A stretch of DNA of 64,000 nucleotides from NCBI RefSeq assembly GCF_036365525.1, contig NC_090395.1, positions 28,288,762-28,352,761 of the forward strand, written 5' to 3'. Each line of letters starts with the position of its first letter. Position 1 is the stretch's first letter. Below, one piece after another: positions 11,821-24,680 of this stretch. The DNA comes from Heterodontus francisci. Its lineage: Eukaryota. A model generated the notes under the pieces. That model saw nothing but the letters and a program-made list of their open reading frames with translations, was not told the origin of the DNA and made no database searches. The position numbers were made by a program, and so were the translations under genes.

Positions 11821-12689
11821 TTAGAGCAAGAATGGACTTAGTTAAAATTGATAGAGCAAAATCCTGAAGGTCCGGATCAAAAATGTATTTTACTTTATGT
11901 GGTTTAAGCTTTGCAGCTTGCTCAGTAGTTCTCAAAAGTAGCAGCGGAGAGCAGGTTGTGTTTGGGACCAATGCAGAACAAGAGGGAGTGAGCTCAGGAT
12001 ATTGGCAACAAAGAGCAGCCCCGGCTGTACTTCAAAATAATTGGGAAGAAATGGAGGGGAGGGGCTTACCATAACTGATGTGACATGCAGCCAATCTGAG
12101 AGTAAATTACCTCCATTGCTCAACACCTTCCTAGGGTTTAAATGACCGGTTCGCATTTTAAAGTTGCAAATTTGCAGCAAAAGCAAATACAATGTGCAAA
12201 TGTGCTTAGATTCTCCCCTGTAAAGCAAACAGCTGTAGATAAAACAATTGCCCAGAGGTTTTTATTTGACCATATAACCAAACAGCTATAAATTAAATTG
12301 ACATTTTAAATCTTGCATTGAGAACTTCCTGTTCCTTGTTAAGTTCAGCCTCACAAATGTTATGCTAAATGAGCAACATATGAAAGCATCATCATGCACT
12401 AAAATGCCATAAGCATTTTGTTCCAAAACACATTTTAATAAGTTCGACATCTATGAATTTATGCACACACGAGATCGGTCAGCAGGAATTTTCCTGTCTG
12501 TGTGTGCATGTATAACTGAAATTGGACCCATTTTAGTTTTCATGTTCTGGATTTGTTTGCAGAGTTGTTATGATACTCTAGCCACTTTCTCTGTTATTTA
12601 GAGGTTAAATCTTTGTGGCAATTAACTCCAGGGACTCTCATCTGTGGAATAGAACTCACTTCCTACTACGTACGTTCAGTATCAGCATT

Positions 12690-12920
12690 GTGCACCTAAC
12701 AGGCAAGCTGTAGAGTGACGTCCCTTCCACCCTGAGCCAACAACACACCTTAACCCTAAGCTCAGGAGACAGCCCTTACTGCAGCAACGTGATGGCCTTA
12801 TTCTCCATACAAGCAAACAAGATTACCAATCACTGACAGAATGACAATCAATGGCAGGGGACTCATTTCACATAGGGCCCTTACAGCCATTAGAGAAATG
12901 AGAATTGGATTCAACAGCTG
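12690..12920 (-). mobile_element. LF-SINE-like element fragment
   Basis: The reverse strand reads ctaatggctgtaagggccctatgtgaaatgagt, close to the LF-SINE core as I recall it (CTGATGGCTG...GCCTATGTGAAATGAGT). Confidence 0.6.
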
Positions 12921-13309
12921 AGAGGGATCAGGTTAATACGTTGATACGTTAAAAATCAGCGGAACCATTCACTAACCAGTGGATGCTTTTTGAATGAATG
13001 AATTTTCACAAGTAGCACCTTCTCCAGAATATCTGCGAATATTGTTCGCATTTCGCAAGTTTAAACCTAAGGTCCTTGAATGGATAATGCTTGTACCTAT
13101 CCCACCCGTTGAAGACTTGGTGCTGGTGACCATATTACCCCTCCCTCTTTGCTTTCTTTCCCCTGAACACCTATCTACTCATAACAGCTACATTCTCTTT
13201 TAGTATCGTCTTGTACATGAATTTCTTATGTGATACCTCCTCAAATGCCTTTTGGAAATCCATACCTACAGCATCCACCACATTTATTTTATCAATATTC
13301 ACCAGCAAT

Positions 13310-13805
13310 GGATGCAATCTATCTACAGGATGCACTGCAGCAATTCACCAAGGATACTTCAATAATGCCTTCCTCCCTTACCTCTACCACCTGGGACATG
13401 AACAGCAATGTTATTTTTAAAAATTCATTGCTGGCATGTGGGCATCGTTGACAAAGTTAACATTTATTGTCCATCGCTAGTTGCCCCTCTGCAGGTGGTG
13501 ATGAACCTTCTTATTGAACTGCTGTATTCTGTGTGGTGAAGGCACTCCCACAGTGATGATAGGTATGAAGTTCCAGGATTTTGACCCAGTGACGATGAAT
13601 CATCTCCAAGTCACACACCATCCTGACATGCATTGCCATTTGTTCTTCATCACTGGATCCTGGAACTGTGTTTCTTTCACCATTGTGTGAGGATAAGCAC
13701 TGCACTGGGTCAGTAGGTTCACTGCAATGGTTCCACCATCACCTAAACTCAACTAGGACTGGGCAATAAATGTGGCCTTGCCCGTATAACCCACATCTCA
13801 ATTAT
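13310..13805. mobile_element. RTE-type LINE 3' fragments in both orientations (minus piece about 13420-13660 nested in a plus piece)
   Basis: Plus: atctacaggatgcactgcagcaa...gggcaataaatg. Minus: atgtgggcatcg...catttattg.ccatc...gttccaggattttgacccag. Both match 37700-38330. Confidence 0.6.
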
Positions 13806-13909
13806 AAAAGGGCTATGTGAAGGACCATTGGCCATGTGTAGATGTAGGAGAGAAGACCAGATTAATCAAGTTGTTGTGGTCAAGGTTTTACAGGCTGTAG
13901 ATTATAGAA

Positions 13910-15325
13910 GAAATGATGAATAGGTAGATAAGGTGACCCAGGAAACTACAAACGAGTCACTTTGTCATTGTGGGTAAAGTTCTGGAAACCCTTTTGGAGC
14001 ATCTGAATAGAAATATAATCATAAAAGATATCCATTGTGTGTTCATGAAGGAAAGTTCTTGCCAATCTAATTTTAATTGTGACAAAAAAGCTTGATCGTG
14101 ATAAAGCAATGAATGTGATGCACTTGGATGTCAGTCAGACCTTTGATACACTTTCTCTAGAAATGCTGGTACTCAAAAAGAAAGCAGGAATAAATGGAAA
14201 TATATTGCAATGGAAACTTAATTGTCTAATCCAAAGAACCCAGATGGTAGTGGTACAGGGATTGTCATCATTCTCGGAGAATGTTACCAATGGGATCCCT
14301 TTTGTTTATCTTCGTAAAGGATCTAAAGCTAGGAGTCACAAACACAGTGGCTAAATCTGCAGATGATACAAAGCTAATGAATGTGGTAGACTCCAAAGCA
14401 GAACAGGATAATATACTGGGGAATTGGGCAGACAGATGGCAGATAAAATTCAAAGTAGAGAAATGCAAAGAGCTTCATGGGGGAACAAAAAAAATCCAGG
14501 AAGGAACTATTACTTAAAAGGGAAGAAAATAACGTGGCTGAAAAATGACAGATCTGGAGAACCTGATTGACAATAAATTGGAGCTGTCGCAGTGATGCTC
14601 AGTGGTAGTGAGTAAAGCAAATCAGGTGTTAGGTTGCCAGTATTGAGCTGAAATAATGAGGTAATCATGCCATTTTATAAATCATTGCTGCAGCTGCACT
14701 TAGAATACTGTGTATGGTTCCGATCGTCACAGTACAAAAAGGATATTGCAGTTATTGGAAGGATACTGAAAGGAGCAAACAAAATGATTGAAGGGATGGA
14801 GGGAGTGGATTATGAGGAGCAATTATATCAATTGGGTGTGTTCTCACTGGAAAGGAGGAGGCAGAGAAGTGATGTTGATAAAATTGTTGTATTTAGGGTT
14901 CTGAAGGGACTAGTCAATGTCGACCAGGACAAGCTATTTCACCTTGTCTAGTAGACGAGAGAACATAGCCTGTGGAAATCTTATTTCAGTGAGTAAGCAG
15001 TCAATCTAAAGCATAAACACCCTGGGGAGATGATGCAAATTAGATGGATTTCCTTCAGAAAGCAATAGTTTGGGATACATTATTCAAATAATTATAAAAT
15101 ATGTTAATTGTGGCATGCTTTGGAGGAATAGGTGAATTTAAACCTGTGGTTTCCAAAGTGCTCCTCCGCTGGGGATTTCCTCACATTACGTTTGGCTCTG
15201 TTGCAGACTAATTTGATTGCTGTGATTAGTCAACAGTTCCCTTATCCTTGTATCATGAAACTGCCAGGATGGTAGAAGGCAAACTAGATGGATCTTGGTC
15301 TTTTTTCATGCAACAGTTCCTCTGA
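13910..15325 (+). mobile_element. Old CR1 LINE, RT to 3' end, frameshifted
   Basis: ORFs 14079, 14281 and 14667 give HLDVSQTFD, KSADDTKL, WADRWQIKF, LEYCVWF and LGVFSLERRR. Confidence 0.85.
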
Positions 15326-16171
15326 CAGTAGAGGAGTATGGTTTTTGAGATTGTGGGAAAGAATAGGTTTGGGTAGGACATGGTGCAGTGAGTCTAAATT
15401 TAAACACTGGTTCTCAGGAGGCTGTGACCCTTACGTGTGGGACTAAAGGAGAGAGGACAGGCTAGCACCAGCCAATTGAGTTGTTTTACAATCTGGAGGA
15501 GAGATTTATTTATTTATAGTATGTCTGAGATGACACAGAGTTTGGTGTTAAGATTGGAGAGCATCATTGTAGGACTTTCCAAGCCTGTTTTCAATTAGCA
15601 GTGATGAATGAGAGATCACAAGAATGTGTCTACTGACACATTGTCAGGTTGAGGTTAATTGTGGGTTTATTTTTCAGTGTGAGAGGAATTTTAAATGTTT
15701 GTGTGTGAATGTGGAATTTGATGAGCAATCACAACTGCACACAGTCCATAAATTATAACAAGACCCTCGCTTTCCGGCTTCCCCAAGTTTGCGCATCTCT
15801 GGATGCTGCCCACGAGGCCTCTGATGGGTGATGCTGCTAGCTTTAGCATGTGCTGTGAGCCCAAGGTTTAGTAATCATTCTGATTTATCAGAGAGCTGAT
15901 ATTCAGCAGTTCAGACAACTCCCTAAGCTTGTTATTGGCACGTTGATGCGGGAAGTTAGCCTCAAGAGTTCAGGTCACAGCCCATTTCTACTACTATTAC
16001 TACAGCTCACCCCCACTGAGATCCCCTAACTCAGAAGAGACCAGGGCTTAAACTCAGAATTTTCCTAGTCTGGTTTGGTGCAGTCCCTTGCCACAAGATG
16101 CATTTGCAGATCATTGTACACTGTGGACAAGTAATGGATTGATGTTTTCTGATGCTGCTATTGTGTCACCT

Positions 16172-17480
16172 GGCAGCCGTGGCTCTGTATTTTCACCTCT
16201 GAGTCAAAAGGTTGTGGTTTAAGTCCTACTCCAGGGTCTTCAGCACAAAAATCCCGGCTGATGCATCTTTGCAGTACTGATGGAAGTGATGTCTTTCAGA
16301 TGAGACGTTAAACTGAAGTTTCATCTGCCCTCTCAGTTGGATATGCTATTTTGAAGAAGAGCATGGGAGTTCTCCCCAGTATCTTGGCCAATATCTATCC
16401 AATCACCAACATCATTAAAACTGTTATGCTAGGCCCCCACCTGCCAAGAATGAGGCACATTAATTTTGTCATGAACATTGATTTTAAACTGTTACTGGAG
16501 TGAAGAAAGGACTTGTTAAACAGATCAGTTGGGGCTGGAAAATACATTTGCATATTAACAGACAGTGCTTGGAAAGACAAAAGGACCATTCCCTGACACA
16601 TTCAACCCATAATAGACCTTGATCACCAGGTAGTGTGTGTAAGAGGAGCATTCTAAAGACTACTAAAAGGTGATATAATCCAAGACATGGTCAGACCAGT
16701 TAGTCACATGACTAACCTGCTGGGCAACCTGTTTTTTTCTGAATTGTACAAATAATTTGAAGAGTGTGTCTGTTTGCTCCTGGATTGAGAAGATCTCTCC
16801 TGTCTGCTCCCATCTCTTTCTCACAAACCTCTGAATCCACTGAAGACACATAAACCCCAAGAGAGAAAAACCTCCTACAGCGAACAACGTTTAAGAATAC
16901 TGGGCCCCAATGAAAAGCAAGATCTACTTACAATCAAGGATTCTACAAGGAGCTCGAAGAACCATAACAAAAACTCTGCAGATATTGCCTCAAACTTTTC
17001 CACTATTGTTCTTCTCTTTTCTGCCTCTATTTGCAAGTGTGTTTCGCATATTCATGCCAGCTTGGGCGCATTGTGTATCCGTAGGCGTCAACCTAATTAG
17101 AGTTTAAATTTAATTAATGTCAACCTTTTTTCTTTAAACCTAAGAAAACCTGTTTGTGCTGGTTTCTTTGCCTTATAATTGGAAAATGGTGAACAAGGAT
17201 CCACCAAAGGGGAGCTAAAAACTGTGTTTAAAATTAAACCATGTTACGGTAAGACCAGGTGAAGGCAGAGAGGGACCCCCTAGACACCTTTCTTACCTGA
17301 TCGTAACAAAACAAAAGATCTGGTCATTTATCTTGTTGTGGGACCTTGCTGTGCTCAAATTGGCTGCTGTGCTACCCTACATTGCAACAGTGACTACACT
17401 GCAGAAGTACTTCATTCGCTGAAAAATGCTTTGGGATGTCCTGAAGTTGTGAAGGTGCTATAGAAATGCACATTCTTCCT
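16172..17480 (+). mobile_element. Deu-domain SINE split by a solo LTR
   Basis: The 5' half (ggcagccgtggctc...ccaacatcattaaaac) ends at 16421. The 3' half (aaaagatctggtcatt...tagaaatgca) resumes at 17309. Confidence 0.85.
16422..17308. mobile_element. Solo LTR (Gypsy/ERV-like), 887 bp, with 4-bp TSD
   Basis: Termini TGTTA...TAACA, AAAC on both flanks (16418-16421 and 17309-17312), and a clean interruption of a SINE. Confidence 0.85.
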
Positions 17481-18136
17481 TCCATTCACATACTGATAAA
17501 CCCTATGCCGGCTGGTAACATTTTCCATTAACTGGCATCGCCTAAAGAAAGAAGACTGATACTTCATCTGGTGGTTGCTGTTTATGGGATCTTGCTGTGT
17601 GTAAAATGGCTGCCATACTTGCTTCCATAATAGTCACTTCAATTCAGAGTTATTTGTTGTATAATAAATATTTTGATGTTTTGGAGAGACTTAAAGTGCA
17701 GTATTAATGCTAGTAACTGAATGATAACAAACCACTTGCCCTAAATATTACCCTGAGCCAGGCCTCTCTGCACTGCTGTTATTTACACTTAAAACTCTTT
17801 GACTTTCCTCAATAAGTTAAAAGCGAGAATTGGCCTCAATGTCCCCCAGATGATGACATTCAGGAATGTAATGTTTGTTGTGCCTGTTTACGTTTTTAGA
17901 GTGGAGTGATTAGTCAACCGTGTGAGTGCAGCTGGGACCACAGGCTCCAATGTGACAGCGGCCTGTGGTTCATAGCACACCCACTTTGTTGTCTAACCAC
18001 CCTAAAGCTAAATAAGGACTTGATTTAACAAATAATAAATAGGCCAGTGCCTTTTAATTGCACAAACTGGAATGTCAACTGGCGACTGCCGACACTGCAT
18101 CTGTATGAGTGCCCCAGCAGGCAGCACTGTAGATAC

Positions 18137-18788
18137 GGTTGTGCAGGCCCCCACCTGCCAAGAATGAGGCACATTAATTTCGCTATATGGACATTAAATT
18201 TCAAATTGTTGCTGGGAAGAGGAGAAGACCTATTACAAGGGGTTGCCAGGCCCCTGGCTGGAAAGACTTCTCCTGACTGCTCCCATCTCTTTCTCAAGGA
18301 ACTCCCAAACTCACTGAAGCCAGATGAACACCAAGAGAGAAAAGTCTCCTACAGCAAACAAGGTTTAAGAAGAATACTGGGCCCCAACGAAAAGCAAGAT
18401 CTACCTACAATAAAGGACACTACAGTGAGCTCAAAGAACCGTAACAACAACTCTTCAGATATTGCCTCAAACCTTTCCACTTCATTTTTCTTCTCTTTTA
18501 TCTCGATTTGCACGTGTGTATTGCGTGTGCATGCTAGCGTGGGGCACGGCGTGTATCCATAGGCATTAACCGAATTAGAGTTTAAGTTCAAGTTTAATAA
18601 CATTTCACTTCTTTAAACCGGAGAAAACCTGTTGTGCTGGTTTCTTTGCCTTATAATTGGAAAGTGCTGAACAAGGATTCACCAAGGGGGAAGCTAAAAA
18701 CAGTGTGTTTAAAAATTAAACCCTGTTACAGTAAGCCTAGGTGAAGGCTGAGAGAGATCCCTAGACCCCTTTCTCACCTGGTGTAACA
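18137..18788. mobile_element. Second solo LTR, related subfamily with internal deletion
   Basis: Shares aggcccccacctgccaagaatgaggcacattaattt and the whole 3' half with 16422-17308. Ends gtaaca; flanks ATAC/ATAG. Confidence 0.8.
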
Positions 18789-19490
18789 ATAGTAACAGTT
18801 GAAGTTTTGAGAGAGGTGATGGTGAACTAAGAGCTGGGTGTTGTCAGAGTATATGTGAAAGTTGACCTCACATCGGCGGATGATTTCATCAAGGGGCAAC
18901 GTGTACATGAGGAAGAGGAGGAGACTAAGGATAGATATTTTGGCAAATTCAGGGTTTTCTGGTTACTTACCTTATTTGCTATTTGTGGGAGCTTGCTGTG
19001 CCCAGATCAGCTTCCATATTTGCCTATATAACTCACTATACATGGAAAAAAAATTGGGGAATTCAGAGTGAGCAGTGTAGGGTGGGAAGAGAGACCATTA
19101 CTGGAGATGCAACGGCTACGATTGGATAGGCAAGTGTGGAACCAGTTGAGAGTAGTCTCACTCAGCTAGTTAGTTAATGGAGGAGAGGCATTGGAGAACG
19201 ATGACCATATCAAAGGCTGCAGAGGGGTGGAGGAGGGATAACGCACCCATGACCACAAATCACAGAACATATCATTTGTGACTGGTTCGAACCATTTCAG
19301 TACTGTGGCAGGGGTGGAAACCAGATTGGAGAAATTCAAGCATGGAGTTGTAGGAAAATGGATACTGAGTGCAAGTATTTACAGTGTCAGCTAGCATGGG
19401 GACCAGCAAGGGAAGTCAGCAGTTTAGTGGGAATGGGGCCAAAGGGAGCAGGAGGTGGATCTTATGGAAAGGTTGAGCTTGGAGAGGGCA

Positions 19491-20722
19491 TAGTCAGCGA
19501 TGGTCAGCACAGTTTTATGAAGGGTAGGTCGTGCCTCAAAAACCTTGAGTTTTTCGAAGAAGGTGACCAAACAGGTGGATGTGGTGTATATGGATTTCAG
19601 TAAGGCGTTTGATAAGGTTCCCCACGGTAGGCTATTGCAGAAAATACAGAAGTATGGGGTTGAAGGTGATTTAGAGCTTTGGATCAGAAATTGGCGAGCT
19701 GAAAGACAGAGGGTGGTGGTTGATGGCAAATGTTCATCCTGGAGTTTAGTTACTAGTGGTGTACCGCAAGGATCTGTTTTGGGGCCACTGCTGTTTGTCA
19801 TTTTTATAAATGACCTGGATGAGGGTGTAGAAAGGTGGGTTAGTAAATTTGCGGATGACACGAAGGTCGGTGGAGTTGTGGATAGTGCCGAAGGATGTTG
19901 TAGGGTACAGAGGGACATAGGCTGCAGAGCTGGGCTGAGAGATGGCAAATGGAGTTTAATGCGGAAAAGTGTGAGGTGATTCACTTTGGAAGGAGTAACA
20001 GGAATGCAGAGAACTGGGCTAATGGGAAGATTCTTGGTAGTGTAGATGAACAGAGAGATCTTGGTGTCCAGGTACATAAATCCCTGAAAGTTGCTACCCA
20101 GGTTAATAGGGCTGTTAAGAAGGCATATGGTGTGTTAGCCTTTATTAGTAGGGGGATCGAGTTTCGGAGCCACGAGGTCATGCTGCAGCTGTACAAAACT
20201 CTGGTGAGACCGCACCTGGAGTATTGGGTGCAGTTCTGGTCACTGCATTATAGGAAGGATGTGGAAGCTATGGAAAGGGTGCAGAGGAGATTTACTAGGA
20301 TGTTGCCTGGTATGGAGGGAAGGTCTTACGAGGAAAGGCTGAGGGACTTGAGGTTGTTTTCGTTGGAGAGGAGGAGGAGGAGTGGTGACTTAATAGAGAC
20401 ATATAAGATAATCAGAGGGTTAGATAGGGTGGATAGTGAGAGTCTTTTTCCTCGAATGGTGATGGCAAACACGAGGGGACATAGCTTTAAGTTGAGGGGT
20501 GATAGATATAGGACAGATGTCAGAGGTAGTTTCTTTACTCAGAGACTAGTAGGGGCGTGGAACGCCCTGCCTGCAACAGTAGTAGACTCGCCAACTTTAA
20601 GGGCATTTAAGTGGTCATTGGATAGACATATGGAATAGTGTAGGTCAGATGGTTTCACAGGTCGGCGCAACATCGAGGGCTGAAGGGCCTGTACTGCACT
20701 GTAATGTTCTAAAAAAATTCTA
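19491..20722 (+). mobile_element. Relatively young 5'-truncated CR1 LINE (RT domain and 3' UTR)
   Basis: ORFs 19545..19979 and 19949..20638 give [33 protein letters not shown] and LVRPHLEY, with few frameshifts. Confidence 0.95.
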
Positions 20723-20819
20723 AATAAGGGGAGATAGGAGAGAAACTAGAGAAGAATGTGCGTTCAAGGCTAGGGCAAAGCTGAACGTTGTGGCGGACAA
20801 AGAGAAAGGAAGATGGGAC

Positions 20820-22080
20820 AGCATGGTTTTACTAAAGGGTGATCCTGTTTGGCAAATTTTTGAGTTTTTTGAGGATGTAACTAGTAGGGCAGATAAAGGG
20901 GAACCAGCAGATGTAGTATACCTGGATTTGCAAAAGGCATTCGATAAGGTGCCACATAAAAGATTAATAGGCAAGATAAGGGCTCAGTGTTGGGGGTAAT
21001 AGCATGGATGGAGGATTGGTTAACAGGCAGGAAGCAGAGAGGGGGTATTCAAGTTGGCAGACAGTGAATAGTGGGGTGCCACAAGGATCAGTGCTGGGGC
21101 CTCAGTTATTTACACTCTATATTAATGACTTGGGTGAAGAGACAGAATAATGTATCTAAGTTTGCTAATGATACAAAGCTCGGTGGAAAGGTAAGCTGCA
21201 GGGAGGACATAGAGAGGTAGCAAAGAGATAGACAGGTTAAGTGAATGGGCAACAAGATGACAAATGGAGTATAACGTAGGGAAGTGTGAAGTTGTTCACT
21301 TTGGTCATAAAAATAGAAAAGCAGGATATTTTTTAAAAAGGTGTGAAACTGGTAAATGTTGATGTTCAGAGAGACTTGGGGGTACTCGTACAAGGAACGC
21401 ACAAAGTTAACATGCAGGTGCAGCAGGCTATTAGGAAGACAAATGGCATGTTGGCCTTTATTGCAAGGGGATTGGAATACAGGAATAAAGAAGCCTTACT
21501 AAAATTGTACAGGGCTTGGGTGAGACTGCACCTGGAATACTGTGTGCAATTTTGCTCACCACATTTAAGAAAGGATATACTTGCACTGGAGGTGGTGCAG
21601 CGAAGATTTACTAAATTGGTCCCTGGGATGAGGGGGGTTGTCCTGTGATGAGAGGCTGAGTAAATTGGACCTATATTCTCTGGAGTTAAGAAGAAATGAG
21701 AGGCAACCTAATTGAGATATTCAAGATTCTGAAAGGGCTTGATAGGGTAGAAGCTGAGAGATTGTTCCCACTGGTCGGGGAATCCAGAACGTGGGTATTA
21801 CAGTCTCAGGATAAGGGGCCGATCATTCAGGACTGAGATGAGGAGAAATTACTATGCTCAAAGGGTTGTGAATCTTTGGAATTCTCTACCCTAGAGGGTT
21901 GTGGATACTCTGTCATTTAAGGCTGGGATAGATAGATTTTTCGTCTCACAGGGAATCAAGGGATATGGGAGTGGTCAGGAAAGTGGAATTGAAGCCCAAG
22001 ATTGTCATAATCATATTGAATGGCGGAGCAGGCTCGATGGGCCATATGATCTACTTCTGCTCCTATTTCTTGTGTTCTTG
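20820..22080 (+). mobile_element. Second 5'-truncated CR1 LINE (different subfamily)
   Basis: [13 protein letters not shown] (ORF 20790) and QRDLGV...LEYCVQF (ORF 21343), ending ctgctcctatttcttgtgttcttg. Confidence 0.93.
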
Positions 22081-23004
22081 GGTGGTGAGGAGACAGAACA
22101 GGCAGCTGAACAGATGGTCTCCGTATTAATAACAAAAATGCCCCATGAGCTCCTGGCCCTTGTTAAAAAAGTGACCATGCTGGAGGAGGGATTTGACTAG
22201 ATAGTCAGTAGAGGATAAAAGATGCTGGGAGCTATCTTCATTCGCCAGGATGATTCCAGAGGTGTGTGTCATTTGGCAAAGGAGAATGAGGACCCAGAAG
22301 TGTGTGATGGAGTCCAGCCTGATGATTGAGAAAGATGTACATGTATTCCAAACAGATATAGGATTTGAAACTGTATAGGGTTAAAATCGAATAGGACATC
22401 GAGCGAAGGGACAGGGTGTGAAGATCCACTCTTGACCATTGACTACTAATGGATACAGTTGAGTTGGCCCCATCTGTGTCACAGTAACCAGAGATGAGAG
22501 TTTTATATTTGGAGTTCTATTCTTTTAACCAGAATTAGGAGTGTGGAGAATTTGTTTCTGAATGCCAGCTGTTGTTCTGAGATTGGAGTGGGATTGTATT
22601 GTTGGAGGAATGTAGGAGAGACCAAGCCAATACCATTCAGCCTAGACCATGAGGTGAAAGGAGTTTCTGTTCTTCAGCAATATTCCTCTGTCACAATAAT
22701 CACAGGTCTACACATTTTACATAAACGCAACCACAGGTTAGGCCCAGGAGGGTGGAGAGGAATGTTCAGGTGATTGAAGAGTCAAATGTAACCGCAATGA
22801 GTCAATTACTGACAGAAGGGATTAAAATGACTCACTTCTTTTGTGGGGATGCGGTTAGAGATCCTGCTGGAGGCTATTTTTAGCAGTTTATTGTGTGACT
22901 CTGCTTGAATTTGAATGAAGTTTAAGAATGCAGTGACTAAGAGATGGGCACGCCCATCACTACAATTTCACATTTTCAGGCTCTTTGCATCCTTACTCTA
23001 AAAG

Positions 23005-23597
23005 AAATACTTGCATTTTCATAGCACCTTTCACAACCTCAGAAAGCACTTTACGCCAATAAAGAACTTCTGAATTGTTGTAAAAACAAGAAATGCTGGA
23101 ACCACTCAGCAGGTCTAGCAGCATCTGTGAAAAGAGAAGCAGAGTTAACGTTTCGGGTCACTGACCTGAAACGTTAACTCTGCTTTTCTTTTCACAGATG
23201 CTGCCAGACCTGCTGAGTGGTTCCAGCATTTCTTGTTTTTATTTCAGATTTCCAGCATCTGCAGTATTTTGCTTTTATTCTGAACTGTTGTTCCTGCTGT
23301 AATGAAAGAAATGCTGCAGCCAATTTAATGATGTTGATTGAGGGATAAATATTGGCTAGGACACTGGGGATAACTCCCCTGCTCTGTGTCATGGGTTCTT
23401 TAACGTTCACCTGAGGGGGCAGATAGGGCTTAGTTTCACTCCTTATCTGAAAGACAGCACCTCTGACAGTGCAGCACTCCCTCAGCATTGCACTGGGAAT
23501 GTCAGCCCAAATAAGGTGCTCAAGTCCTGGAGTGGGGCTTGAACCCACAGCCTTCTGCATCAGAGGTAAGGAATGTTAGCGGAGCCACGGTTGACAC
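23005..23597 (-). mobile_element. Deu-domain SINE interrupted by a palindromic insertion
   Basis: Tail acttgcatttt at 23009; body 23290-23597 with gcagcactccctcag and a head ending gagccacggttgacac. Confidence 0.85.
23081..23277. mobile_element. Penelope-like terminal fragment in inverted (palindromic) arrangement with 13-bp TSD
   Basis: Arms 23081-23160 and 23162-23241 are reverse complements at 77 of 80 positions. Flanks are ttctgaattgttg and ttctgaactgttg. Confidence 0.75.
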
Positions 23598-24344
23598 CCG
23601 TAGAGAACATTTTCAATTTGGAGCACAGTTAGGAATAGCAAGCTATAAACACTGCCTGTGTAGGACAGTGTTTACACCATGTGGCCACTGAGGAGGCCAG
23701 ACAGGTTAATACTGACTGCTCCAGCCTCAGCTTGTTCTGCTCTTGAACTACAGCTCTCGTGCTGTGGTCGATGCTCAGCATATCCAACTCCACAATGTAC
23801 AGGTGTACACACAGACGCACATGTACCATACAGCACCAGAAGCAAGTGAATTGTTTACTTTTGTGTTATGAACAAAGCTGAAAGTAATGAGACTGAAAAC
23901 AGTCTTCTGGAACTGAGAATAATGTGGTTGCTACAGAATGCCTGGGAGTCCTATTGACTCATCTCCAAGCTATTTGGGTGGGAAGAACTTCTGAGATTTA
24001 CTTCAGATTCAGACCACTTGAAAGTCTAGTGGTCCACGTACTCTCTAACTAGCAAAAGCCAGAAAAAGTCTCCCAAAGCTTGCAGGGAACTGGCTTAGAT
24101 GTTACCATCTCCCTTCTTCTCTCTAAGAGAGAAACTCCTGGCATAGTTGCCTCAGCTCTATGGTAGATTGCAGAGAGTGAAACATTTGGATTGCTAACCT
24201 AAACCACTACCTTACAACTACTCTTGCTCCTGTATCAAAAAACCTTGATGTAATTTAGAAAATGAGGGCACCTGTGATCACTGAGGGGTGATAGCAACAC
24301 GCAGCTCATGAAAATGTATCCGAATCCAAATCTGTACTAATGGA

Positions 24345-24680
24345 GCCACAGTGGTTAGCACCGCAGCCTCACGGCTCCAGTGACCCGGGTTCGATTCTGG
24401 GTACTGCCTGTGCGGAGTTTGCAAGTTCTCCCTGTGACCGTGTGGGTTTTCTCCGGGTGCTCCAGTTTCCTCCCACAGCCAAAGACTTGCAGGTTGATAG
24501 GTAAATTGGCCATTATAAATTGTCCCTAGTGTAGGTAGGTGGTAGGGGAATATTGGGAAGGTGGGGATGTGGTAGGAATATGGGATTAGTGTAGGATTAG
24601 TATAAATGGGTGGTTGATGGTCGGCACAGACTGTGGGCTGAAGGGCCTGTTTCAGTGCTGTATCTTTAAATAAAATAAAT
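24345..24680 (+). mobile_element. HE1-type V-SINE
   Basis: cagtggttagcaccgcagcctcac...V-domain...gaagggcctgtttcagtgctgtatct(taaa)n; a near-copy of 553-910. Confidence 0.9.

Larger units (their letters stand above)
18790..22800 (-). mobile_element. Old L2-clade LINE interrupted by two CR1 insertions and a SINE fragment
   Basis: Reverse-strand YSDNTQL (degenerate YADDTQL) near 18830-18855. Segments 19400-19490 and 20722-20820 are collinear with the L2 at 63860-64000. The element resumes at about 22080. Confidence 0.65.

Noticed and set aside
18047-18562. 171-aa ORF
   Set aside because: It lies largely within a solo LTR and has no recognisable protein motif.
16422-18788. The two LTRs as ends of one provirus or TRIM
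   Set aside because: The first LTR has its own TSD and the host SINE resumes immediately after it. The LTRs are diverged and there is no internal domain.
19424-20077. 217-aa minus-strand ORF
   Set aside because: It is the antisense shadow of the CR1 RT.
24345-24410. tRNA gene (also SINE heads at about 850-910, 54900-54970 and 63470-63550)
   Set aside because: These are tRNA-derived SINE heads continuing into SINE bodies, without a complete cloverleaf.
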